A stretch of DNA of 64,000 nucleotides from Phoronis australis (Eukaryota > Animalia > Phoronida): positions 140,590 to 204,589 of the forward strand of contig NMRA01000531.1 of assembly GCA_002633005.1 (NCBI GenBank), given 5' to 3'. Positions 40,298 through 52,952 of the stretch are shown here, one piece after another. The notes below the pieces were generated by a model. The model was not told the origin of the DNA, did not search any database, and saw only the letters and a program-made list of their open reading frames with translations. Within the stretch, counting starts at the first letter, position 1. Every line of letters starts with the position of its first letter. The translations under genes and the position numbers were made by a program.

Positions 40298-43074
40298 AAC
40301 TACCTTACTAGTGTGCTCAACTCGATAATAGTTATTTGTATATACATATTCAGACACGCTGTACCAAGCTGATTCTGTCATTATTTGAGTTCGTCGCACT
40401 TGGTACTGTGCAAGTGTTTTACAGTGCATAACGCTGCATCAAAATCCCCTAGGATGGTCTGGTCAGCATTTAGAAACATTGAAGTGACTCTTAATAGTTC
40501 TGCAGTAATGTGCTTTTGTAATGATAAATTTAACAACAATCATGCTTTCCAGAACTCTGGTTATTGACTATGGGAGCTGCCCAAATGTCTGTGTGTAATG
40601 TATGTGTGGGTTGTGCTGTGGGGAGAGTAGGAAATCTTGAGTAATAATAAACAAGATGATTAAAGTACAGTGACATCTTGTTGTTTAATCCTCTTACACC
40701 ATAGAAAACAAGCTTGGAATACTGCAGTAGCTGTTTATTGTCCTTGGAACACTAAGTCACTGTCCTTTGGCTACTAAAGCCACAGAAAATGACTTGGTTC
40801 TGGCCAGTGTTTTTGAAAAAAATTCTGTGGTGGTTTGGTTTTCAGGTGACTTGATGTGCAGTCTGTAGTTTTCAAAGTAAACTACAATATGGTAATTCAA
40901 CCCATTTTCGGTGCACAAAACTGCGACCAAAAACCCATTTTAATTTCAACTGAATCCAGTCAAAATCTCAACAGGTGTTGCTCCATCAAAATTGTGAAAA
41001 CTTAGTATTTACTGCAAAAATCCATTAAAATAAACGAATACCAGATACATTAGTGCAATAACGTCAAATTAAAGTTGTACAAAATGCTTATTTTATTGCA
41101 ACAAAAAATTGATTAAACTGCCAAACTATTCTGGCAAGTTGTTTATGCAAGTTTGACAGAGCTCTGTCAAAATATGTCTGTTTATGTTGAAAACTACAGT
41201 TCTGTGATAGTCAGTATACTAATTTCTTTTCCATAGTTGGGGATTTATAGTTTCTGCACCCTATAGTCACTTCGCCTCATAATGAAAGTTATCGCACTGT
41301 ATTTCAGCCAATCAGAGGAAAGACGCAGGAGTTGTGGTATAATCATATTAAATGCAAGGATGACTTTGTTCCTATTATACAGGTATCGTCACAATGCTAT
41401 TCTCAGTTCTTGAACAACCGTCATTTGAAGGGATACATCTTACATATCGAATTCACAACATCACACAAGTACATCCAGTCAACTGAGTCCTCTAATGTTA
41501 TGATATTCAAGTTCAACTCAAAACAATGTCACTGAAGAGAGTTCAGGCGAAGCTAGCCTTTCAGTGGAACCGAAGACACGTGACCAATCTTTCCATTAAC
41601 AATTATTTGGGTAAAAACTGAATTAAAAAATGGCAGCAATTTCGTCCAACAATGAGCTCTACGACACCAGCTTCAGTCCCACGAGTTCTCACACACGCTT
41701 CAACATCAGATTATTCTGGTATGCATGCTTTCAACACAAACGGATCCTTTAAATGGGAAACTTGGCATTCATTAGGCAGAGCTAGTGTAAATAAGAATAC
41801 ATTCTTGGTGTAGACATGTATATGCATTCAGATAGTAGGTGGGACCCTCTCTCATCCCAGCAACACCCCGGTGCTGAAGACCAGCTTTCTGCACTCAGTC
41901 TATTTGGATGAGAGAAACGGGACCTTTTCTTCTTCATCAATGCCTTAAGCATCGAGTCGCCAATTGTTTCCAAGGACAATATTCCATTGAAAATGAAGCC
42001 ACACACGAAGCAACAACCATATCCATAGTAACTAACAAAGTCTTGCATGAGAAAGCAAACATTTTGGATTTTATCTTTTCTAAAAATACAAATCCCTGGT
42101 TATCACGTGCAGCGTTAATGAACTTGGCCTTGGCAACAACAGAATGTCTTAAGTGGCACAGCATAACGCCTGCATCTTGTGTAGTTTGCACTCACTTCCA
42201 CTGAACAAAAACAATGGCTGTTGGGCACTATCTGTGTTGGACAATTAGTAAGCTCAATGGAAGAGATCGCATGAACAAGATACTTGCCTTTTGTTGGTTT
42301 GTTGGTCCATTTACATCCCTTTTATCATTGCCAAGGGGTCAGTGTTACAGTAATTTATGCTGAAAAATGTTTCTCCAAGGCAACCAGGGATCTTCATATA
42401 TACTTTCAGTAAAGGTAACATTAAAACGCACCGTACTACGCCATGTTAACGCCCAAGCTCAGTTTAGCACCCATCCCTAAAATTTCCAGATTTTCACTTA
42501 TAAGAGTTCATGCTCAGTTTACTATACACAACCAATTCATGTCAGACCCTAAAACTACCTGTAACGTAACGGCTGCCTTATCAGAATTTCAGCTAACAAC
42601 AAGAACGCAACTGGCTTGCCTTATGAATAGCAATCAGTCAATTGCAAAAGCTTGCCTTTATTAGAGATGGAAAATGCCATACTCTCCTACTCTCTACTAA
42701 AGGAGACAAGAAATGGTCCTTTCTAATATCTTATTCGCGAGCAAAAGGGCATGGAGCCAGCTCATTACATGCCTAACATTAGAATTCGAAAATTTAAAGA
42801 TAGGCTCTGCGTAAAAAGCTGGGTCACAAAATATTGTTTGCGGTCACTCCATCCTAGATGGTAAGCCCCTTACTACGTTTTCTACAATTCGCCGATGTTT
42901 TATTCAACTTGCACATGAACTCTGACACCAATGTAGCTCCCTGGGCCTTAAACCAATCAATCATTCAAAAGCACACTTCTTAAAAACTCCACTTGATGCT
43001 GTTCCTGATGTTTGAGTTCCTAATTCAAGCACCCTGGGTGGTAACCTGGACAAGTATGGTTAAATGAAACAGTT

Positions 43075-43218
43075 TCATGATTTGTCACTGTTCTCCGTTT
43101 CTTGTTCTGTTTGCTGCGGTAGTTCTAAACTGGACCAACTGCCTGGAACTGCTTTCTTGAGGTTAATTTCCACTTTTGTTCCTAGCATTTTCACATTACT
43201 TTTCTCAAGATCAATAAC
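43075..43218 (-). CDS. CHORDC1: CHORDC1 exon 7 (stop)
   Basis: VIDLEKSNVKMLGTKVEINLKKAVPGSWSSLEL...DKS*. Summed CDS is 996 nt (331 aa). Minus-strand AATAAA near 42900. Confidence 0.95.
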   Translation of the reverse strand, partial: VIDLEKSNVKMLGTKVEINLKKAVPGSWSSLELPQQTEQETENSDKS

Positions 43219-44000
43219 CTGAAAAGAAATGAAGATCTCACATTAAACAGACTTCACAGAGAAGATTGTTAAGACCGGTGCCAAAGGCTATAAAACCAGA
43301 ATTCTTTCTCTTGAAGGAATTAACTTGAGTTATTATGAGTAACATAATTATGAGTTACTGTACTAAAGAATCAGTAATTGTGAGATTAAAAAATAGGTTT
43401 AGATTAAGGAAAATCTCAGACATCTGAGCATTTTTACATAAGGTTTGATGAATGATAGTGAAAGGCTTTTTTTCCTATAAATGTACCCCTCAAAAACAAC
43501 ATTTTCAACAACAACGCACGATCATATTACCTTGAGAATGACACAGCATCGTGAATAACATGAATTAATTTGCTTTGTCTCCCAGATTCAGAAAATATAA
43601 TTTAAGAGGTTGACAGCTGCAAGTTACTTTTAAAATATAATTCAAGATGAATACAACAATTTAATTAGGGTATATGCAACCTCAACTCTACTATTTAATT
43701 GTGTAAAATAGTCTGACAGACTCTCAAACACAGTATGACACAAATGAGATACGAACAGATAAATGGATTTTGTTATCTTCGCCATGCAACTTGCAAAACA
43801 AACAACTCTGATGTCAAATTGCAAAGAAACATTCCGATCAGCACACTTGATAACTGGTCAGTCGCCTGGAGGAAAACAACCTTAATTTTGATATAGGCCA
43901 AACTGAAACACAGCTCTCAAATAAAACGGAAAATTTTGTTGACACTGGAGATTTTTTTCATGTACCATCATCAGGTATATGAAATCAACATAGTAAAACC

Positions 44001-44433
44001 ATTACCTCCCAATATTTAGGTTATGTAGGGCATTATCAACAAGCATTACCTCCCAATGTTTAGGTTAAGTAGGGCATTATCAACAAGCATTACTTCCCAA
44101 TATTTAGGTTATGCAGGGCATTATCAATAAGTATTACCTCCCAATATTTAGGTTATGCAGGGCATTACCAATAAGTATTACCTCCCAATATTTAGGTTAT
44201 GCAGGGCATTATCAATTACCTGCCAATATTTAGGTTATGCAGGGCATTATCAATAAGTATTACCTCCCAATATTTAGGTTATGCAGGGCATTATCAATAA
44301 GTATTACCTCCCAATATTTAGGTCATGCAGGGCATTATCAATAAGTATTACCTCCCAATATTTAGGTTATGTAGGGCATTATCAACAAGTATTACCTCCC
44401 AATATTTAGGTTATGTAGGGCATTATCAATAAG
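44001..44433. repeat. 44-bp minisatellite, ~10 copies
   Basis: Unit attacctcccaatatttaggttatgcagggcattatcaataagt, in CHORDC1 intron 6. Confidence 0.93.
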
Positions 44434-45027
44434 CGTGAGCATTTAGCCAAATATCTACAAAACTATAAAATTCAACTTCGTACGTACAAGTATGTATTTT
44501 TAAAAGTAGAAAACCAGTAGAATTTGTGTTCTGACCAGTTATTCTTAGTAGTACTGACAAAAATAGAAAGGTTCATTCATAGCAAAAAATATCAATAAAC
44601 TGGACAGATTTCATTTGATATCAATGTTCAAGACAAAATCTCAAAAACTCTGTAAGTTACAGGTTGGTAATATATCAGTTCCTCTTTGTTTCACGCAAGT
44701 TTTGAGTTTCTTCATAACAATCATAAGTCCTATTTTTGATTATCCTCATGAAAAAGTGGAACATTTTAAAACAATCCCTATCAGCATTTTGCAGAACTAT
44801 ACATAAAGTGTAAGTGAACGTTTGTCTGAATCCAATCAGCCATTTTTGAGATATGCTGTTTCGAAGTTGGCCAGATTTGGTCATTTTGAGGGTGCTAAAT
44901 AGCCTTAAGGTTCCACTAAATCTTGTACTCACAAGGATAAACAGAAATCGCATAGAGCACCAAAACATAGAATGATACACAATAAATCCCAGATAAAAAA
45001 CCTCATATTTGTTACATCAACTTACGA

Positions 45028-45033
45028 ATATAT

Positions 45034-45074
<41 letters not shown>

Positions 45075-45090
45075 TATATATATATACATA
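45028..45090. repeat. (TATACA)n/(TA)n microsatellite
   Basis: Seen directly. Confidence 0.9.
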
Positions 45091-45291
45091 AGTAACTTCA
45101 GTTGATGAAAGAGCGGTTCCCAAGTACAACATCATGCAACAATACCAGTGGCAATTTCCAAACGGGTGGTTGCCAAGTGCACACGTTTGTTCAGTCACTC
45201 CACAGAGCACCTGGTGAGGACTACTTTTTCTAGAGTCAAACAAAACCTTTAAAGCATCAACAACACACAAGAGTAACACATTCATACTCAC

Positions 45292-45480
45292 CCCGTTAAG
45301 TACTAATTCCTTGTTAAATATACTTTTGCCATCTTCGAAAACAATGCAAATCTGGGCAGAGACTTGATTGGCACTGACAAAGGACTTTTTTGGATCGCAA
45401 ACTTTTGCGAACACAGATATAGTAACGAAGCTGCCTGTTTGATGCCAGTCGTAACGACATGCGGGTTTTTGACTTTCACT
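45292..45480 (-). CDS. CHORDC1: CHORDC1 exon 6 (CS domain)
   Basis: SESQKPACRYDWHQTGSFVTISVFAK...ELVLNG, with the CS/p23-like RYDWHQT motif. Confidence 0.95.
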
Positions 45481-46073
45481 CTGAAAGTAAAAATAATGTC
45501 AATGTACAAAAGAATAGCATATTAAATATCTAATAAAGGTAAACAGATATTAACCTTATCGTCTTTACACTGCTTTGCGCCTGTGTTTAAAGATGCATTC
45601 AGAGATCAGGGCTTCCAGACAGCTCAGCTAAACTCAATGATTGAACCCCTGAACTCCAACATGACTCAGACTTTACATCATTCGAATACAGGGCCTTCAG
45701 TTTTGAGGCCAAATATCAGCCCCATTCCCTCCGAGAAATATTTAGAAATCATGTGAAATTTTTGTCGTCAGACCCAAAAATAGTCCAGTTCAAAGTAAGC
45801 CCTAGGGTTGGAGTTACAATTCACACAGTCGACGATTAGAAACAGCTCAAAACAATAGTTTTAGGTATTCGAGGCAGAGCCGATAAGGATGGCAACGGGG
45901 GGGAGGAGGAGATTTCTGTCTTCCCCGTGAAAAAATCACATCTCATAAGGAACAGGCATGTTCCCTTCAGGATAGCAAGGCCCCTCAAACACAAACTTAT
46001 TCTAGTAACTTTACTCAAAGTGCTCCATGCAGTTGGTTCAATTACAGAGATGAGATGCCCCGGTTATTCAAAA

Positions 46074-46505
46074 CTGGACTTGTGCCCAGATACATAACAT
46101 TTTTTTTTCATTTAATACTTGAAGTTCACCAGTTCAGGTAAGGGACAGTAAACAGACGGATTAGAAATATCCTCGATTACATTACATTGGTTGCTGCATG
46201 GAATATTAGTATACACTGACGAGTATGAGTTAAACAAAAATTATCAAAATCCAAACAGTGAGCTGCTCGTAACTTGCAAACATTCAATTCTGGACTTGTG
46301 CCCAGATACATAACATTTTTTTTTCATTTAATACTTGAAGTTCACCAGTTTAGGTAAGGGACAGTAAACAGACGGATTAGAAATATCCTCGATTACATTA
46401 CATTGGTTGCTGCATGGAATATTAGTATACACTGACGAGTATGAGTTAAACAAAAATTATCAAAATCCAAACAGTGAGCTGCTCGTAACTTGCAAACATT
46501 CAATT
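46074..46505. repeat. 216-bp near-perfect tandem duplication
   Basis: 46074-46289 is repeated at 46290-46505. Confidence 0.9.
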
Positions 46506-46697
46506 CTGTACGTTCTGGATCCTGATATGAGCAATCACAAAGTTACGGAGCTTCAACGAATTAATTGTCCAAACTGTATCAACAAAGGGCACGTGTATGA
46601 TGTAGCACTGACGATGAGTCAAACACTGGCAGTAACCCCGTCCACTACAGCAGTGTACTCGGCTGTCCTACCAGCACTTCTAACAGAGTGACCTCAC

Positions 46698-46800
46698 CTC
46701 TGGCTTGAACCAGACATGTACACCTGTCTCACAGCCTTCTTGGTTAAGGAAGGCATCAAAGTCACTGGTCCTTCTCATGCAGCACGTCCAGAACTTGCAA
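46698..46800 (-). CDS. CHORDC1: CHORDC1 exon 5
   Basis: CKFWTCCMRRTSDFDAFLNQEGCETGVHVWFKPE, the end of CHORD2. Confidence 0.95.
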
Positions 46801-47429
46801 CTGAAATGTATAAAACGTCTCATCAACCTGCTCTACACATTTAGTAGTGATCAACAACGGACACCCAAGTCATCTCAGTTTTGCCTAAGTCAACGATTAA
46901 AGTGAAAATTATGAAGGAACTGTAAAGAAAATTAGCTGTAAATGGTACGAAAATCAAACTACTATGTTCCGAAAGTTTCACAAGAAAGAATCAGCAATAA
47001 TCCAAAGGCAATGTTTTGTTCTTGTAAAATGTTGATAGACAGGCAGGTCAGCAGACACATTAAGCAGTATTTTTGTCTCCATTGTAAAAATTACAAGAAC
47101 CAACAGTGAAATCGCAATTAAAGGGGTTCTTTAGATAACTTAGGCGAATAGCAAACAGTAAGATAAAACAATGGCTTCTTTAAAACTCATCACAGGTTCT
47201 GACACGGGCTCTCATAGCATTAATAAACTGATGCATTGTTCCGCTCAGATGAAGACACAAATTCATTAACACATTCCTCATAGTTCATAGACACGATGGA
47301 AAAACATCTGTCAAAAAACAATGCTCATTGCAAGAAAAGATAATACTTAAAAATTAAGAGACAACAGGGCCCTTCACCGCTTGAAATCGGGTCTGAATAT
47401 CGGGCCCCGTTCCCCTCTCAAAATATTGA

Positions 47430-48555
47430 ACAAGAGGAATGCAGAGCGTTGAAATGCACCCACGAATGCACCACAAACGTTGTGCTTCTAGGGGTGTTTA
47501 TTTGTAGCATAAAAATGGCCACTAGATGGCGCAAAATATGTCAAATCTATCCGAAAATTGGTATATGTCATCAAAACTATTTACCAAATTTCACACAAAT
47601 CTATCAAGGAACCAAGGAGACCAGAAAAAAATGGAATTGCCTCTAGGAGGCTATGGGCGCAACAAACATAAATGCCACAAGGAGGTGCCATAGTAGTTGA
47701 AGTTGTAAGAAAATCATAGTCAACTGCCCTCTTCATACCAAGAACATATACGCAATTTTTACAGTCATCCTTAGAGTGGGAGGGGCTTATTTGATAGAAG
47801 GGCAGTTGCCAAAAACAGACTGAAAAACAGTAAAAATGGCCACTAGATGGCGCAAAAAATGTTGAATCCATCCAAAAACAGGAACATGTCATCGTTTCAA
47901 TAAAAGGCTATTTACTAAATTTCATGAAAATCTGATAAACAGCTTCAAGGAAACAGAGGAAAATTGAAACAAATGAAATTGTCACTAGGGGACACAGTCT
48001 TTGTAGGATCCATCTGAAAGTTGTCGTCGTTCGTTGTCAACTTCATAAAAATAGACTTGCTAAATTTAATAAAGATTCTCCATAGGGTTTAGCAGATACA
48101 GCCATGGGCGTAAGAAAAGAATAAAACTGCCACTAGGAGGCACCACAGTAGTCGAGGTCGTCGGAAAATCAATGTTAGCCCTCCTCTTCACTTTAGGAAC
48201 AACATACATGCCAATTTCCACAATCATCCTTAGTAAGAATCGTTTGGTTGACAGAGGGGCAGACATCACAAAACAGACTTGAAAACAGTAAAGAAGGTGC
48301 GAAATACCTCAAATCAATCCAAAATCTGGAGTATAGTGTCACCTCACTAATATATGCCTACTTCCCAAATTTTCTGAAAATGCGTTAAGGACCTTTGAAG
48401 ACACAGAGGTAAACATTTAAAATAAAAACTGCCACTAAGAGGCACACTGGTAGTCCGATCCGTCCGAAAGTCATCGCCGTTGTCTGTTTTCAACTTCATA
48501 TAAATACATTTGCAAAATTCCATACTGATCATGTAGATCGTTTAGCAGATACAGT
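47430..48555. mobile_element. Second copy of the HINE-like family (3' truncated)
   Basis: Same 5' end (acaagag...atgcaccacaaacgttgtgcttctagg) and internal units as 10499-11911. Confidence 0.7.
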
Positions 48556-48945
48556 CATTCTGATTTTGCTAGCTGCTACAATGCAGAACCCCCAAGTCAA
48601 GATCACAATCAAGGACTTTGGCACCGGTTTTCACACTGAGAAAAGCGTGAAACAGTTGGTACATAGTTTTGCAACACGTCACACATCCTATAGGCATGGT
48701 TGGAGGAACTAGGCAACATTTCTGCTATTGCTTGTTTCATCATATTTTTAGATGTGAAAAAACAACTATAAAACGATGACTTATCTTATTTGACATCGCC
48801 ATTTTTATAATGACAGGAGCATATGCAAGTAGCAAACCCTTACCTATTCCTCCCTCAAAAGCATAGTTTGAATGCTCACAAAAATGAAGCCATCCCTTAG
48901 CTACATGCAAAAAACTTTGTTACAGTTCAAGCTGGTGACACCTAC

Positions 48946-49084
48946 CCTTCATGAAATACTGGCACACCTGGGTGATATTTACAAATCTCATTGTTGGAGT
49001 TCTCATCCACATAGCTAGCTTTACAAGCATTGTTCTTACAGGAAGTGCCCACAGTCACTGTTTTCTGGTCCACACTCCTTATTT
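48946..49084 (-). CDS. CHORDC1: CHORDC1 exon 4
   Basis: IRSVDQKTVTVGTSCKNNACKASY...[18 protein letters not shown]2. Confidence 0.94.
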
Positions 49085-49505
49085 CTAAAATAAAAGTTTT
49101 AAATGAGGAATACTGAACATAGCTATAGTCAAACAATCTAGATATCAACTAAAGTAACAGCGTCCTACGCCCAAACTATCCCAATATTTTCACCTTGGAC
49201 CCTCCAACAAAACTCGATGAAGTTTTTGATATTTAAACCAACAATATCTGGTTTCAAGACGAAGTAAAATTTGAATGGAAAATGAATCACCACTCGGTAT
49301 TCAGAACTCTGGTGAAATTATTTCATGAAATTCAACAAACGATGACAAAATAGTATGAAACCCAAGTGATAACTTTAAAAAAAATGTATCTGAATTGAAT
49401 CCAATAGACCCAAACCTGCAACTGTATTCTACTGTAACTTACAAAAAGTTCTACCCAGCACTTTCAACACCACTACAAAGCAACTCCTCATTTACTGAAG
49501 CAGAA

Positions 49506-49581
49506 TTACCTTGGATCTGCTGTTCACAGGACAATGACATTTCTTACCTTGGATCTGCTGTTCACAGTACAATGACATTTC
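49506..49581. repeat. 38-bp tandem duplication spanning the CHORDC1 exon 3 donor
   Basis: ttaccttggatctgctgttcacag(g/t)acaatgacatttc x2. Confidence 0.92.
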
Positions 49582-49797
49582 TTTAAGTTTCTTCTCCAGA
49601 GCTTGCTTTAGTGATGAGGCTACAGTAACCGGCAAGTTGACTTTAGGCTCGTCAGCAGACGGTCGTTCCACTGATGAGATTGGGTTGTTGATTGGCGTCT
49701 CCACGACAGCAGGCGTTTCCTCAGGAACATCTTCAATCACCTGGGACTTCTCAGGTTCAGGGGGCTTTATATTGCTGTGTGGTCCTGTAGTGCAACC
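49548..49797 (-). CDS. CHORDC1: CHORDC1 exon 3
   Basis: GCTTGPHSNIKPPEPEK...VNLPVTVASSLKQALEK...QQIQ. The donor at 49547 gives phase 1, matching exon 4. Confidence 0.92.
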
Positions 49798-50214
49798 CTT
49801 GAGAAAAAGAGAAACAAACTCTTGATGAAATCAAGTGGGGAACACGACTGTAACATTTAAACAGCAACAATTAAGTATTGTCAAAATTGATAACTTCAAA
49901 ACAAAATAAATGAATATTGGTATCAAAGGATTTCTCTATATAAATTGCAGGATAGTTACCTCTTGGAATTAAAAAAGATCAATTTGTAAATAAAACGCAA
50001 AAAATTTCCAGACGTCACAGCCAGTGGCTTTTATTAGCCATGATGATATTAAATGCAATACAAAAGCTACAACCACAACAACAAATAAAAATGGCGAAAT
50101 AATGGAAATAAAAAACAAAAGGCGCTAGTCAGTTCACAGAAATTGATTGACTTAAGGAGTTCATTAATTAAGTCTACATTAATGAAACTTGTCGTACATA
50201 AGCAGTTAACTTAC

Positions 50215-50321
50215 AGGAATGTTGAGAAACTCTGTAAAATCCGTAGAGCGCTTCTTGCAGCATGACCACCCTTTCAAGGCATCATGAAATACAGGTACAC
50301 CGGGGTGGTAGCGACAGACAC
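50215..50321 (-). CDS. CHORDC1: CHORDC1 exon 2
   Basis: [35 protein letters not shown], the CHORD1 core. Confidence 0.96.
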
Positions 50322-51441
50322 CTGAAAACAAATCCCCAATGTTCTGCAGAGGTCTCGCATTTTGAAAAAGAGCTCACCACTGTAAATATTTGTTCATGAG
50401 ATGGCCACTGTGTTGAATCAATAGTGGACATCCCACGTTCCAGTGCAGTCAGCTCAAAATACATGCCAGCACTAGGTACCAACCCATCAGTCAAACAGTG
50501 TTCGCAGGGTTTCATACGACACAAGACTCAATAAGGTGAACATTGACGTGTGGGTAAGTGGAAGTAACTGATTCTCAATTCATAGTGAATGTGCGAGAAA
50601 ATACCTATGTCTGCTGGTCAATGCATGAATCACCTGCCAAGTGCGGATTACTTGGCAGGTCTGTCCTTGGGGCAGGCCAGTAATCACACTAACAGTCACA
50701 TGTCGCTGCTGCTGGCATTGACTGGCAGTTAACGAGTAAGTAAACTGGATGTCTGGGTAAGTTTTATGTACCCGAAATAGTCACTGTCTCCCAATACATG
50801 TGGCGCTACCAAAACAAAAACTCAAGCAAATGGCATGCGCATGTCATGAGCATGGTGTATTGAAGCCAAAGTACTATAAAAATGTTTCATGGCTTTTGGT
50901 ACACTTTCGAAAATTTTCAAGTCAATTGCTAAGAATGATGAAAGGTAACCATCATCCAAAAATATTTGCACATCTTGTGCAGCGTAGGAGCAATCAAACA
51001 TTTTCTGAAGATAAACATCTTGAAAATTTGATATAGTAGCTAGATGTTAGTGTCTGAGTGTAGCGTAAAGAATGGAAAGGAGCCGTATATTCTGCCACAG
51101 CAGTCGCAGTCGTCGGAAAATCGTCAGCCGTCCTCTTCATTGTAGGAAGATACATGCCAATTTTCACAATCATCCCTAGAAGGCGGTTTGGTTGATAGAG
51201 AGCGGACATCAAAAAACAGACTCGAAAGCAGTAAAAATGGCCACTAAGTGGCACAAAGTACCTCGAATTCATCCAAAAATGGGAGAATAGCATCATCGCA
51301 GTAATAGATGCCTATAGCCAAATGGACCTTTAAGATACAGAGGTAAATGTACAAAACTAACACTGCCACTAGGGGGCATACCGGTATTCAGATCCGTCCG
51401 AAAGTTTGCTCATGCCGTCCCATTCATGAAAGAAACACATA

Positions 51442-52559
51442 GACCCTATTCACGCTGACAGGAGGCGCGTTCCAAAACGAGGCTCGCTACGATAGCCCTG
51501 TTAGCTTATCGGCATAGGAGTCTGTGTTTCAGTCCGTGTTGTTCCGCGAACGGCTAGAAAAAATACGGACATGCAACTGTCTGCTTTGCAATCTCTTAAG
51601 ACGTTGAGATTCGGAAGCGTTGGGTCGTTGCCATACGCCGCGAAGAAGCAAAATATGACGGTGTAAAATAAATGTTTTCGAAAAGTTAGATCATATTTTG
51701 TCGCATTTCGGTCAGTTGTCAAGCATCATAGTAACGACCGGAGTATGGGCTAGCCAGGCTGTATTTTCATGACTACGGATTGGGGGGGGGAGCATGGCCC
51801 CCCTAAAATTGTATCAGATCCCATTTTTGAGTTCGGGTGCGACTTGCTGACTAGCACACGTGCGCAACCAGGGGGTCTTGGGGGTGAATAAACGCATAGG
51901 CGCTGAATGAACCCCGTTTACCGTTTTTTTTAGTCAACAAGTCCGCAAACCCAAGAATTCAAGACCCCTGCATCCCCAGATTTTGGGCTGAAATGCTGCT
52001 TATTCCTGTGCCCTGCCCCCCTAACTCAAAATCCTGGATCCGCCCCTGCTATGGGTTGAAACATTAAAATTTTTCTTTCCAAAAAGAACAGGGCCCTCAA
52101 TCCCTCAATTTGGGGCCCAATATCGGCCCTATTCCCCACTCAAAAATATTGAAATATCACGCGAAATTCCCCCCACGAGGCATAAAAATTCCCCTAGTGA
52201 AAAATCTCTCTGAGTTCACATCACCTGTAACCACACAGGTGACAATTTTTAAGAGCACAAAAGNNNNNNNNNNNNNNNNNNNNNNNNNNNNNNNNNNNNN
52301 NNNNNNNNNNNNNNNNNNNNNNNNNNNNNNNNNNNNNNNNNNNNNNNNNNNNNNNNNNNNNNNNNNNNNNNNNNNNNNNNNNNNNNNNNNNNNNNNNNNN
52401 NNNNNNNNNNNNNNNNNNNNNNNNNNNNNNNNNNNNNNNNNNNNNNNNNNNNNNNNNNNNNNNNNNNNNGGCTATTTAACTCACGCAATGTCTACTTTCG
52501 CTTTGTTTATCGCAGTGAGCCTCGATTTGGATTTTAATGTCCGCCGCGTGAATAGAGTC
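51442..52559. mobile_element. TA-target MITE (Tc1/mariner-like footprint) spanning a gap
   Basis: ta|gaccctattcacg ... cgtgaatagagtc|ta, with subterminal inverted repeat cgaggctcgctacgat / atcgcagtgagcctcg. Removing it rejoins the host element. Confidence 0.65.
52264..52469. other. Assembly gap
   Basis: Run of N. Confidence 1.
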
Positions 52560-52952
52560 TATGTGCAACAATTCATGAACATACATTTTGGAGATAGAGC
52601 AGCGTACGCTAGACAGACTAGGAAGATGGTATGTTGCAGCCACATACAAATATGTGGGCGCATAAAAATAGCTTGGTACTTTACACAACAAAAAATTTCA
52701 CCTGCCTTAAATATTTAAATCCAAGTTCATGCCTACGCGATCACAAGTTTTAGCAAGATTCCAACTTAACGGAATAGTACTCCCATCGATTGAGTCAATT
52801 CAGACGGTGGGTGACATGCACTAGCTAAAAGCTGGCCTACTCACAGTCTGAGTTTCAAGAGACACAGAAACAGAGGTCACAACACTCAGTCACAGTCACA
52901 TTGACACAGACAGTGACCGCCGTTTCTACTGGCCTTAGAGACGGTGAAGCTT

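Larger units (their letters stand above)
51090..52668. mobile_element. Third HINE-like copy (3' part), interrupted by a MITE
   Basis: 51090-51441 and 52560-52668 match the 3' part of 10499-11911, ending acaaatatgtgggcgcataaaaa. Confidence 0.65.

Noticed and set aside
41600-42250. Possible coding region between the TIMM13 and CHORDC1 3' ends
   Set aside because: Only short ORFs with stops in all frames and no recognisable motif. May be UTR or decayed sequence.
44001-44433. CRISPR-like regular array
   Set aside because: Units are head-to-tail with no unique spacers. It is a eukaryotic intronic minisatellite.
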